Positions 1-12,600 of a DNA stretch of 64,000 nt are shown here, one piece after another. The DNA comes from Ylistrum balloti. Taxonomy: Eukaryota. A program made the position numbers and the translations under genes. The notes beneath the pieces are model-generated. The model made no database searches, was not told the DNA's origin, and was given only the letters and a program-made list of their open reading frames with translations. The DNA lies in NCBI RefSeq assembly GCF_031769215.1, contig NW_026781965.1, forward strand, positions 248,001 through 312,000, in the 5' to 3' direction. Every line of letters starts with the position of its first letter. The first letter of the stretch is position 1.

Positions 1-372
1 TATATATAAATGCTAAAGTAGTCACTTTTTATTTGATATTTACTGCTGATTCCTCTTTACTAGTAGTTAGAGCAAAATGTAGTAAATTTTGTGACAATCA
101 CTAATCAACTCAATATCAAAGAATTTTGAAAGTTGTTTTTAAATTTCAATATAACTACACCACATCATTATCTTATATTGGCACTGCAAAGAACAAATTC
201 TAGAGATAAAACATATTTCAGAAATCTGATTAAGGAAGACAGTTGATTTCTCAACCAATCCAATATTGATATCAGATATTCTTTGCAAACATAAAAATAT
301 GACAACCAGAATAATACCCAATGTAATTCTGATGTGATATTCACAACATGAATTCTCAAACAGCGCACTTAC

Positions 373-2226
373 TAGATTGTAAAACAGCAGATTTGGCCCG
401 AGGGGTTTTTGAACTGGTGTTGGAAGATTTACTCGGGTAACTTCTGTCAATTTCTGCATCCTTTTTCCTTGCCACTGACAGGTTTTTCTCCAGTTTTCCT
501 GTATCATAACAAGTACATGTTGCTAGTCTTAAGTCTGATCAGTAATAGAAAAGGGCTGTCAGAGATGGGTTATGCTCCCTGAATGGGACAAAATTTAAGT
601 ATGAAAAATAAGAAGGGGCAATTACTCCCAAATTATGCAAAAAAGAGTTATTGTTCTTGTGCACTATGATTTTCCTTGTTGAGATCTATCTACAAAGAAC
701 GTTTCATGTTGATAACACTTAAAGTCTGAGTGTAATTCTCTGGACAAAATTCTGAATTATTCCCAAAAAAAAGTGATGGTTGTTGTGCCCTGTACTTCTC
801 TCCATTGAGATCTATCTATCTATAACGTTTTATGTTGATACCTCCTATAGTTTATGTGTTATGCTCCAGAAAAAATAATGACAGATGGACAAATGGACAG
901 ACAGACAAAGTGGCAACTATATGCTGTTCCTTCAGGGAGCATAAAGATAGTTCAAATACCAATATGTATGTTGATACAATTTTTGGACACAATTCAATAA
1001 AATTCATTGATAGAAAGTTGAGAAATAACTCTTTGTTTTTAAAGATGAGACATTTGTTTTTGACACAATTCACTAGAATTGATTAATGGCAACTTGCTTT
1101 TAAAGATCTCAAGTTTAGTGATGCACATTTATATACAGACTTTTACCTTTGCGAACTGGGGGAGCACTTAGCTCAAGGACAATGGTGTCTGTTGGTTTAA
1201 ATATAGGCTTGTTCACTTTCTGCTCCAAACTCATACTGTCCATGGCAGGAACCAGGTCTTCCTCTACCTCCTCATCTTCTTCAGGAATTGGAGAACTCCT
1301 TGCAGAGTCATCCTCATCCTGTTGGAAGAAGCAGTTTTGTTTTTTATTAACTTTTTGATTGTATTTTCATGATGTCTCAATACATATATTACCAATTTTT
1401 AAAATTCTTTTTTTTAAAGATAAATTCGGATTTAAATTCCACCAAAAGAATTATCCATGCAAGCATGCACATATTTGTATTACCAACAAAATTCCAGTTT
1501 GAAAAAGGATTGTTAGATTTTTTCTTCTTCATTAAACAAATGATCCATTGTATCTACTCCTAGCCATGAGGTATGACCCCTATCTAGGACAGAGGTGAAT
1601 TAATGTTACACAAACTTACTGAGCTGACATCCTTGGCCAAACTTTCTTTGATACTGGCATTCATTGATAAACTTTTTCTCAGTTTCTGAAGAAAAGTTTT
1701 TTAACATGCATATATGAAGTAAACTTTACACATTGCAAATCGTTTTTATGGTTTAAGTCTATTCAACAAAACAAATTATCACCAACACATTAACAGAAAC
1801 AGGAAACGTAGCATGCATATATAAATACTAGTTACAAATTTTACAAATAACAGAAAAAGCAGTTATATTAATAACCAATAACATTTTTTGAAAATGTCAA
1901 CAATATGCAGGAAATATTTAAATGCAATATTAAGGCATATCAACAAATAATGGAAACTATATCTGTGTAATTTTGTATAAGGGGAAAATTTAGCTTAAAA
2001 ATGGGGCAAAGTCACAATTGGCCATGTTGCAGGATGAGTGCAATGTTATATGGTATTTATAAGACAGTTAAGGGTGTTTCATTTGTTGAGTATGTAGAAT
2101 ATTTGTTATAAGAGAGAAAGTTTGGTTGTATTTTATGAATTGGTGCAGAAAATGACTAAGTTCCAAGGCCCAGAAAATCCAGAAAAATGTCTGGAATGAA
2201 TCCATAATAGGAGGTGCACATCTTCA

Positions 2227-2259
<33 letters not shown>

Positions 2260-5200
2260 AAAACAACCTACAAAGTTTCAAGTTTCTATGTCAAAAACTG
2301 GTACCCCTTTTCCCCGTCTGCCTGCCATTCACCATAATATAACCCGGATTTGCACTATGTGCAACCCGGCCAAAAATCATTGCACTCAAATACATGAGTT
2401 TTATATGCAATACAGGAGTTTTAGTGCTATTTTCACAAAAACTTTCTAACAGTAAATTAAACTTTGGTGAGATGTAAAGCTCCCAGTATTTTGAGTATAG
2501 GTGGTGGACTGATAACTTTGGGAGAGCTGAACATGTCCAAACATCACACAAAGACACATCAATTTTGAAATTTCATCATACTGACTTGATTGCTTATCAA
2601 TTCAAATGTTTGCATCAGTTTGTACTAAGGCTTAGAACAGAAGTAATGAGGAAGTAATAAGCATCTTGATGTGATGAATGGCTTTCCTGAATCATTGGTA
2701 TGCCTTGATCATGCAATAATCAACCATTGGGATACAAACAAATCAAAATATTTTAACTAAAAAGATGACATTATTCATAATTCATCTGTTTCCAACTGAA
2801 ACTTCATACACTATATGAATAGCCAAATGGTCTTTCTTCATGCTGATCTTGTAAAGTTAAAGCAAACATCTCTCATTTTTCCATGCTAGACCATTCCACT
2901 TAAGACTGACCTTGACATCTGCAATACTCAGCATGAGTTTCTCTTTCACCTCCTCATCTTCCGAGGATTCCTCTGAACCGGACTCCGGCTCCTGATGTCG
3001 AGACCTTGGAGATTGCTGAATTGGTGTACTAAGTCTTCGTTTATACCTTACACGTCCCTCCTCCTCATCACTCACTTCTTTCTTCTTCAAGTTCTTCAAC
3101 ATCTTGGATTTCATCTTGAAAACAAGGCATTTAAGATATAACAAATATGGAGAATTTGTAAAACCACATTCCATATAAAGTTTGAAAAATATCAATACTT
3201 CAGCGTGATATTTCATGACATATATTTAAGTTCTGTATTACTAATAAAAAGATCTATCATTAATGTATTAATCAATTTTCCCTTCAAACACATTAATACA
3301 AAAATGACTGAGAAAAAAATAAACCAATACCCATTCTTTGTCACTGTCTGTACTATCATCACTCCTGTCATAATCCTCATCATCATTACTATCTTCTTCA
3401 TCTTCAAAGTCATCATCATAGTTTCCTGTGACAAGTTCTGTGTGAGAGATAGATTTTTCATTTTTTAAGAACACATTAAATGATATCATTCTTCATATCT
3501 ACTACAAGGACACTCAATCTCAGTATGACCCTTGCTGTTCATGGGACGATAAACCTGGCAATCAAATATCTTCTTAGTTAATGTATTGAAATGGTTATCA
3601 TTTATTTTTTTGGCAGAATGATAATAGTTGACATGTCAATAATCTCTGATTTCCAACAATACTAAAACAGTATCATCATGATACATACCGGGTGCTTTCA
3701 ATTTGCACTTTTCACCTCTAGCCGTCTGTAGCTCCACCGACTCTTTCATCCATTTACGCCGTCGTTCCCTGGCTGGAGCTGTCTTTACTCGTTTCTGATC
3801 CTCCTGTCTCTTTTTCTCCTCAATTCTTTTATTAAGGTATTCATGGACTACAACTGTCCTAGGAACATCTGTGGAATGTATAACTCTCTAAAAACTGGTG
3901 TCTGGACCTTAGCTGGGATGCACTTTTGATTTCATATCACCGTAAATATGTTGTATACACTATTTATCTATTTCAAACCGACATGTGTATATGTTATAGA
4001 TCCTTAAGATCAAGCTTCCAGTAAGATCATGTTTTCAGGTTTTTTTAGACAGGAAATTGAACTGTAGTTAATTTATCTGCTTTCTACCAATGAAATGTTA
4101 TGTATGCTAAATAATATGTAATCTAAAAGAAATTCAATCAATTTCAGAAATGTTTAGCATGTACAATTTAGGTTACTGGTATGCTTTCAGTGATGTTAAA
4201 TATTCTAACAATCTTCAAGCTGTTTCTTACTGGTAACCGTCGAGTCTTCTGTAAATGGTGAGATTCACAGGTCAATCTATATTTCTTACTACTTCTGAAT
4301 AGTGGCATTCTAAATGTAAAAGGAAACAAAGTGACTTACCACCTGCTGTTTTTAAACGATGTGATTTAGGTGCAGAGTTTGAATTCTCATTGCTATCTAC
4401 AACACTATTTTTCTGACTCTTTCGTCTGCCAGAATTAGCACCATTCACATAGATGGAAAACCCTTTTTCTTTCTTCTCCTGTTCAATTTGATTCTTGTTT
4501 TTCCTTCTCATTTTCTTCAATAATCTAACAACAAAAAAAAAGTATTCCAGATTCTTAGTAAAACTATATTTATCGTATTTTTCATTTGCATGTCTGTTAT
4601 TTTTTTGCATGATCCAACCAAACTATGTTATCCAGTTTTCAAATCAAACCTAAATATATGAAACCTCCCACTTTCTTGACTGTATTCCACCATAATGATA
4701 TGAAATGAATAGAATATGCAGAAGCAGCAGGTGCATGCACTTGTACATATGGTGTTAAATATGGAACTCAGCTGATGGAGCAAGGTTCAATTGGTTGAGC
4801 TGTGGATTGTCATGCCAGAAACCTGAATTTGATTCTTGGGTTTCAAAGCAGGCTTATGTTTTTTTCATGTTCTTTCATGAACATATATGATACGTTATAT
4901 ATGTACATTGTAATTTCTATTTTGTATTTCAGTTTATACATTTAGATATTAAGTGTTATTCCTTATCCATAGACATAAATACACTGAACTTTTTACCTGT
5001 TTCTTTCTTGCAACAATAACAGATAATCTTCATAACCAGGCAAGACCTCTTGTACAGCTGCTTCCTGTAACAAATATTTGTATAATGTAAGTTGGACATA
5101 CACAGACAGGTAAACATTGTATACTGTTGCAATATAAACACTACTAGTGCTTCAATATACAGATATATCTACCATATTTAGAAATAACTATGTACATGTA

Positions 5201-6217
5201 TTGCAATAACTCATCATAGAAGTTAAAATCAGTGCATATATGGTTACACATACCGGTAATAGGAAATCTTTCTCACAAATATTGATGTTTTACTGTTTTC
5301 CAGCGATGACAAACCTCACCTTTAAACTTTGACGGCTACTTTCATCTTTTGACCACCTTTTTCTTGAAGGAGAACCTACAAATTGTGAGACAGTATTTAA
5401 TATCTATTCTTGTACATGAGTATAACCAACATGAAAGCATAAAATATACAGATGACATGTTTCAATGGTTTTATTACCAGCATGAAGGAGCATTGACATG
5501 AATTTCAACAAAACAATATTTACAGTTGTAGTTTTACGTACAGTTATTGTATGCCTCCTTCAAAGTAAGATTTAACCTTATTCTCCACCATTATATGATC
5601 TTCAGTGGTTCTCTATAAGTTGCAGCTTTTCCCTATTATCCTTCTATTTGTTCTGAATTCTGTGATGTATTTACAGACATATTATTCATAATCACCAACA
5701 ATAAACCAGGCAAACCTTTGCAAAATTAAAGCAATATTTGTCTGAGTGTCCCTTTTCAAAAATGGCCACCTTTCAGTCACAAGATCGAACATTATTATAT
5801 ATTTATACTTCTAAATGTATTTATTTGATATGAAAGAATCTGTCACTGAGGTTTGTTTCAGAATATTAGCAAGTTTGAAGCCGAGTATACAGGAAATGTT
5901 AAGAGTAAAATTTACACACGACATAATTTAACCGTTTTTTCAGGTATACTATTGTTGCATTAAGTACATCAGATGGCTGTTCCCAGTGGTCAGCACATCT
6001 GATGATAGAGCGACCATCGCTGACCTATCACAATAAAGGATGAACTGAGGTTTACGTCACATGGGACTATCTCTTCTAGGCATGCATGATGGACACCTGC
6101 ACTGTTTACCTGAGTTACTGGGTCACTACTTGCAGTTGTTAGTTGTTTTTCCTTTAAAAAATGACACGTGCAATGTTTTACATATCAAACATTACCATTT
6201 GCATACTGGCGATCCAT
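373..6217 (-). CDS. KATNIP: Katanin-interacting protein (KIAA0556 family), 5' part; gene continues beyond the left edge
   Basis: Phase-consistent GT-AG exons: 6196-6217, 5320-5375, 4997-5064, 4340-4524, 3689-3868, 3331-3437, 2911-3114, 1620-1685, 1147-1318, 373-498. The spliced peptide MDRQYANGSPSRKRW...YEDYLLLLQERNRLLKKMRRK...EKGFSIYVNGANS...KTAPARERRRKW...NYDDDFE...KLRKSLSMN...TDTIVLEL...EKNLSVARKKDAE matches the remembered vertebrate KATNIP N-terminal blocks (DEYLILLQQRNR, GFSVYVNGANS, DTLVVLEF, ERNLSAKRK). Confidence 0.9.
550..945. mobile_element. Non-autonomous Helentron/DINE-1-like element relic
   Basis: Perfect 14 bp inverted repeat TTATGCTCCCTGAA (570-583) / TTCAGGGAGCATAA (931-944), with a degenerate GACA microsatellite before the right end, as in bivalve HINE-type elements. 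Confidence 0.55.
2227..2259. repeat. (CA)n(TA)n microsatellite
   Basis: Directly visible. Confidence 0.9.
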
Positions 6218-6654
6218 CTTTTCCAGTTTTACGTATATTAGAAATCCAGGATCTCAGGAAATATTATTTTATTCGAGACACGGCTGTTAGATGACATTCC
6301 ATAGTAAACCAAATGCTGCGCTTGCGCATTGGATTCAAGCGCGAAAGAGATCAACTTTCGTCTTGACCTAGCATATTTTCTTCCTTTCAATCAAACGCAT
6401 ATTGTGATCTGACCTTAATGTAAATATGATGAAAAGACTGGAAGTATTCCGAAAAACAAACACACGTTCGGAGCGAAGAATCGTAGAAATATCCGAGCCT
6501 GGTGATAATTAAGCAAAACCGACTGCGTCTTTTGATCATGTTTATATCATATGTGTAAAGTGATGTGTAGTCACATGAAATTAAGTATTTTCTTATCCTT
6601 TTTTAAACAAATTAATGACATTTGAAGACAATTCTTTTCTAAGTTCTTGCAGTC
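6218..6654. promoter_or_regulatory. Bidirectional promoter region KATNIP/TSEN54
   Basis: Only about 440 bp separate the divergent ATGs. The region is locally CpG-rich and has TGCGCTTGCGCA at 6317-6328 (one mismatch to the NRF1 palindrome). Confidence 0.65.
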
Positions 6655-9600
6655 ATGATGGACGACACAACTTCATGTAAAATGCCAAACAGCACGACGC
6701 TTTTGGAAAACAGAGTTCTCAGGTGATTATTTTTTAATATTTGATATAAATGATATATCATTCTAAACTGTCTTCTATTTAAAAATAAACTTTTCCTGTC
6801 GATCTTAATCTGGCGTGAACAGCTGTGAATGAGTGATATAGGCCTGCAAGTGTATCCCTTGACTCTACCATCTAAGCCGAAGAAGGGGCCGGAGAAACGG
6901 AATTTGTGAGCTGGATGACCGTATTGAACGGTATATACAACCACAGTGGCATGCTTCTTCATCAGTTCCCTTGTTTTTCTTGAGATTTCTCAAATTTTAA
7001 CCGAAGACTCTAATAGTTTCCACAAAAGAGGGGTTTCATTGAATGCCATTGCGAGGTAACGGGGTAAACACTTTCTTGCTGAGAGCCCAGAAAGGAATCA
7101 AACCTGGGTCTATTCTCTGGCATGTTGATAATAAAAAAAAACAGGCTTTAGTGACAAAGAACATAGTGAATGCTTAATGTGTAATAGGAAGAAGCAATGA
7201 AAAATACTCTGCTCCCACCATAGTTCAAACTATTGACTTTTAGTCTCTCTGAAATTCTCAGTAGCCATGGCTAGTAAGGCAAGTTGTTCTCTCAACTTGT
7301 ACACTTTCATATTGTAGTATGTGCTAGCATATCTTTATATAACACATTATTATTTATGTCTCTGGTGCAAGCTACACTGAATGTTTCTTAATTATACTTG
7401 TAGTAATTTATGAATGTTGACCAGAGACATTTAAATTTCACAGCCTGTGTAATTTTGAACAGGATGGAAAAATTATCCTTGCCCGGTCAGGATTTGAACC
7501 TGGGTGTTTTGCATATGACAATCCATGGCCAGACCAACAGATCCAAAAGAGCATACTTTGACAGCTGAATGACAGAGATTGTATTGAATGTAAACTGCTC
7601 CTTTTACATATACTATTTATGAAGATTATTACAACTCTGGATCAAATCTTACAACAGAATTCCATGTATGCCCAAAACAGTGACTTATTTTTTTCAAATT
7701 GTGGCCCAGTTGTAATCAGCCAAAACCATGAACCACTGCTTTGGATTAAGTTCTGTTACACTCGAGTCTTACAAAGGTATTGCTAGTGTGCTTAGATAGT
7801 TCAGTGGATATTTTACTAGCCTTTTATGTTGGTGACTAGGATTAGATTTTCTGGTATGGTAAAGAAAGGTATGGGGTATAATCTCTAACAGAAACTCTGC
7901 ATGATGCAGAAAAAAAACCACAGAACTTTGTTGTTTAACACTACCTAATTTCCTAATTAAGTCTATATACTGGTACTCCCCTTTCACCACTAAAGAACCA
8001 ATGTGATACTTTTTTGTACCATTGCTAGGGGTAGTGTAAGTTAAGGGATCAACAAGCGAAATCTTTTAAATTCTTGCAGTTTGATGCTGGGAAGTAATTG
8101 TTGTATTTGACATGCACTAACTTGTGCTATTGTATGCCCCATTTCAAACATGGATCAACTTTAAAGTATGGAGTTTGATTAAACTAGAGTTACTACTTTT
8201 ATAGCTATATTTTAAGATGCATGTTGTACATAAATTCAAGTGAAAAATTAAAAAAAAACAACATTTCAGCAGAAGTTAATGAAGTATTTTTTGATGTACT
8301 AAGGTATGTTTATTCATTTTCATTTTAGTGCTCAAGAAATATTCAAATATCGCAGACCCTTGGACAAAACCGTGCCAAACAGAGGAGGGGCTAAAGACTT
8401 TGAACCTGATGGATCATTTCTTCAATCAAAGTGGATTGAGTCTTTAAGCCAGGAGAGATTCAAGGTCCTAAAAGAACAAAGAGTGGAGCGAGAGTATGAT
8501 TTCCTACTTTTCATACGCCCATCAAAATTTTTTACATATTTTGTTATAAAGTTGTTTGTCACATTTATCTGTCATAAGCTTGCAATGTAGAGATTTTCTC
8601 CTATAGTTTTCAACCAGTCTCTTTCAAGTTTGGTATGCTTAATCACCATGACATGAAATTTTGTTTTCCTTGACAGAATTTTAATTCTAAATTTTAGCTC
8701 ACATGGCCCCAATGGTCGAGTGACCTTATGGCATTGTTTGCTTATCTTTCTGCCTTCTTAAATTACTAGCCATGAACAACTCAGCAGGATTTGAGCAAAT
8801 TGGGTCAGAAACATCTTCGGAGGAGGGAACTCATTTTTGTATAAATAGTGTGCCTGAACCCCCTGGGGCGTGAGGGGTAGGGCCCAAAAGAAGAAAGTAA
8901 GCCAAACCATTCTTCTTCTATAGGAATGATTGGATTTTGTCCAAATTTATTCTGATGTATTCCTAAGTAAAACAGACATAATTTTGTATTTAAACAGGGG
9001 TCTCAGCCCCCTAGGGCAGAAGGGGCAGGACCAAATATTGGAATTCCATATTCTGTCCAAATTTGGTCTGAAGCATCTTTGGGTGAATGAGAATCTATTT
9101 CTTACTAACAATAAATCTTGGTTCCGTGGATTCGGAGGGGCTGGGCCAAATAGTCCTTCTTCCTCTGTAGAAATTTCTGGATTCTGTCCAGATTTGGTCA
9201 GAAGCATGGATGAAGTGGAATCAATTTTCTGTAATTGGTGGATCTGAGCCCCATAGGGTAGAGGGACAGAATACAATAGAGAAAAGGATTTTTCCGGGCT
9301 AGAACTTCAAAACCTTTCAACTCAACTTCACAAAACTTGCTGTATGTATTAATTTAGCGCCCTAGTTGTGTCTTTTGCTATTGATTACATTTCATTTTTC
9401 ATCTTTTTTTTGTTTCCATAGAAACAGCCAAAAAACATAAAATTAGTGTTTACTTTCCTTTCCAGGCTACACCTTAAAAATTGTTCCACTGAACTCAATA
9501 AAACTATCTGTATACATATTGTTAGTGCTCTAGTTGTGCCTTTTGCTATTGATGACCTATAATTCTTTTATATTTTTTTCTGTAACCATGGAAACATTGC

Positions 9601-12600
9601 CAAAAAACACAAAATTAGTATTTACTTTCCTTTCCAGGCTACAACTTAAAAATCATTCCAATCAACTCAACAGAAATTTCTGTATATATCAGGATTAAAA
9701 ATTGATTAATTTTTTTTTCTGTTACCATGGAAACAGATATCCTTCAACACAAATTTCATTTTTTTCTGGACCAGTGCTCTGAAATGGTTCAAGATAATTG
9801 CTCAAAACATTTTACTCTTATTAAGCTTGTAGTGTCTTTTGCTATAGGGAAATTCTCCATTTAAATACTTTTTCAGTTACCAAGGAAACAGATAGGCCAA
9901 ATCACAATGTTTAATTTTTTCAAACCAGTTTTCTTAAAACATTCAAGGTAATTACTCAGTACTCAAAACTTATATTAATCTTGTTTGGAGATCATCTCCT
10001 CCCGCAGTTATTAACCAAGCATTGTAATCCCTTGAGACTTTTTCACTTGGCTAGATTTGGATGAGTTATTTCCCTTTGTTCTTCATTTCTTAACAAATTT
10101 CTTTCTTACTTGATAAGTTTATTTATAGTGACATGAAATCTCAGTGGCATTTTGATTAAAAAAAAGATAAAGTGTTCTCTTTGGTAAGGAACAGGCTTAT
10201 ATATTTTTCTGCATGCAATGCTTTGTTCTTGTTGATATTGTCATTTAATCAAACAACCACCAACAAGGAAATGAACAAAGATTAGAGACGCATACAAGTA
10301 TTTGATTATTTTTTCTTCTTGTTAGGGGTGGTTTGGTGAAAGGAGAATGGAACAAAGACCGTCAACTTGTTGAACTTGAACGAGAAATGGTGAGATTGTT
10401 TGCAAAAAGCAAAAAAGAAAAATTGAATTGTCATTTAATCTATATATTATAGTCATGGGAAATAAGGAATATTTGAGGAAAAATTGTTCACCATGAGTAT
10501 CAATAATTCATACACTTTAAACGTTTTCCTTAACTTAAAGATAAATGTTGAGATGTTGCATCATGTCTCTTATATTTTTATAGAGATATTTTTATGAGAG
10601 AATAGTTTTCCTTATTTACAGGGAAAGTTTTGGACGTATATGGGATTTGTAGACAGCAGTAGGAAGTGGTTGTTTCCAGAGGAGGCACTGTTCCTTATGG
10701 AAACCGTAAGTGGAACCCATGAAATTCTCCTTGAATTTAGATTTCCTTACCATAAATGAAATTCTCTTTACAGACTAAGAAATAAATCTAAATGAAAGGT
10801 AAATTGAAGCTAGACAGCTGATCTTTGGTACTTTAATCTTAGCTTGGAGATTCTGCAGACCTATGTCAATATTATGTAAAAGCAACTTAACATTCTGGTT
10901 TCTTTATGTGCTAGATGTACAGTGTTTTGTTTAGGACTTAACATCTTCATAACAATAAAAGGTGCTGCTTGACATAACATTACCACTGAAAAATACTAAT
11001 TATCAAATAGAAAGTTCTGTTAAATTAACACAGAAACTTTAAATAACTTATGGTATTAAGCAATGTAGTTACACTTTTTATCAGATGTTAACTGTGTATT
11101 ATTACCAGCCAATATTTGGAAAATTGACTTGAGAGTTATGTAACGGATTTTGGTGACAAGATACATAATTTATTGTGATAAATCAAAGTAAATCAAAGTA
11201 AGAGTGATACATGTCCTTTTTAAAGATACATAGGAGATACACAAAATGAAATCAGAACACCCTTACATTCCACCAAATATATTTACACATAAGTTGGTCA
11301 TTACTAGATTTTATATTATAGAAATTGTATTTTTGCCTTATTTGTACCAATATTCCTACAGAACACACTGGTGGTGAATTACAAAGGCTTGCCTATCAGC
11401 ATCCAGCAAGCATATACAGCATTTTTAGGAACTGTTGCTTTGACCACAGAGTGCTACCAAGTCTATTCTCACCTGAGGAGACTGGGATATGTTGTACTGC
11501 GACATCAAGGATGGTAAGTGGTAAATTTCAGACCATCACAAGAACTAAACATATAGATAGTACTCAACTATAACTGGATTAGGTTACATTTCTTGAATTC
11601 AGTGGGGTTGATTTTCTTAATTTTCGTTTGAGTATGATTTGATATAAGAATTGGTGATATTAAGTATCAGCATGAGAGTAATTAAAACAGCTTTGTTAGT
11701 GATTTTGTGGTCCTTATATGTTGGTAGGCAAAGGGTCCATTTTGATCATTTGGGGAACTTTGTCAGATTTCAGAACTTATTTGAAAGTCCTAGCTTCTAC
11801 ATGATTTTCAGACACACAATCACTAAAGATCGCATTTCCTTATCATCTTATATGATATCTGATATTCTGAATCAACCTATAAATAATGTATGATTTTTAA
11901 ATGATTTTAATGGAGAAAAGAAGCATCAAGGGCATTTTTCCCTAGCTTGTCAGTTTTACTTTGTAACAACCTTTGCTTTTCCACAGCCTAGATGTCACAA
12001 CTTATGAAAGAAAAATCCATTTAGACCAACATGTTAAAATGGACAAAAAGAAAAGGAAACATAAGGGAGACAATACATCTGACACCTCTGGATTAGATCA
12101 ACTTCACAAGAAAGTCAAAGTTGCATTAGATGACTCAGATAAAGAATTGATGAAAGAACAGCTTGAAAATTCTTGCCCAGAAAAATGTGCATCACTTATG
12201 GACCTGGGTGGGTCATCCATAAGTGAAGGAGTGATTGAGGATAGATGTGACAGCAATGGGTGGAACACTAGTGGGTCAACTAATCAAACCGACACTGGAA
12301 TAAAAGAGAGTGATTTGGCAGAGGAATGTGATGGACAAAGTGTACCTTATTCGGTGTGGGAGTTTGACAGATTGGGCTTCCCTAACATAGGAGGTGTAGA
12401 GGTGCTGGAGTTACAGATACCTAGACTTGATCTGCTTCCACATGGTGTAGACCTGAGTAAAGCGTCAACCATATTTAATGTTCAGACTTACCTTTCACAG
12501 CAAAGAAAACACCTTAAAAAACATCATAGACAACAACAGCAGGAATGCATAGAAAATTTAGAATTCTCTTATTCAGAAATGATTCATAAACAGACGAAAA

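Noticed and set aside
5945-6030. Exon-like segment in KATNIP intron 1
   Set aside because: It has an acceptor, but no donor gives the required phase 1-1 fit.
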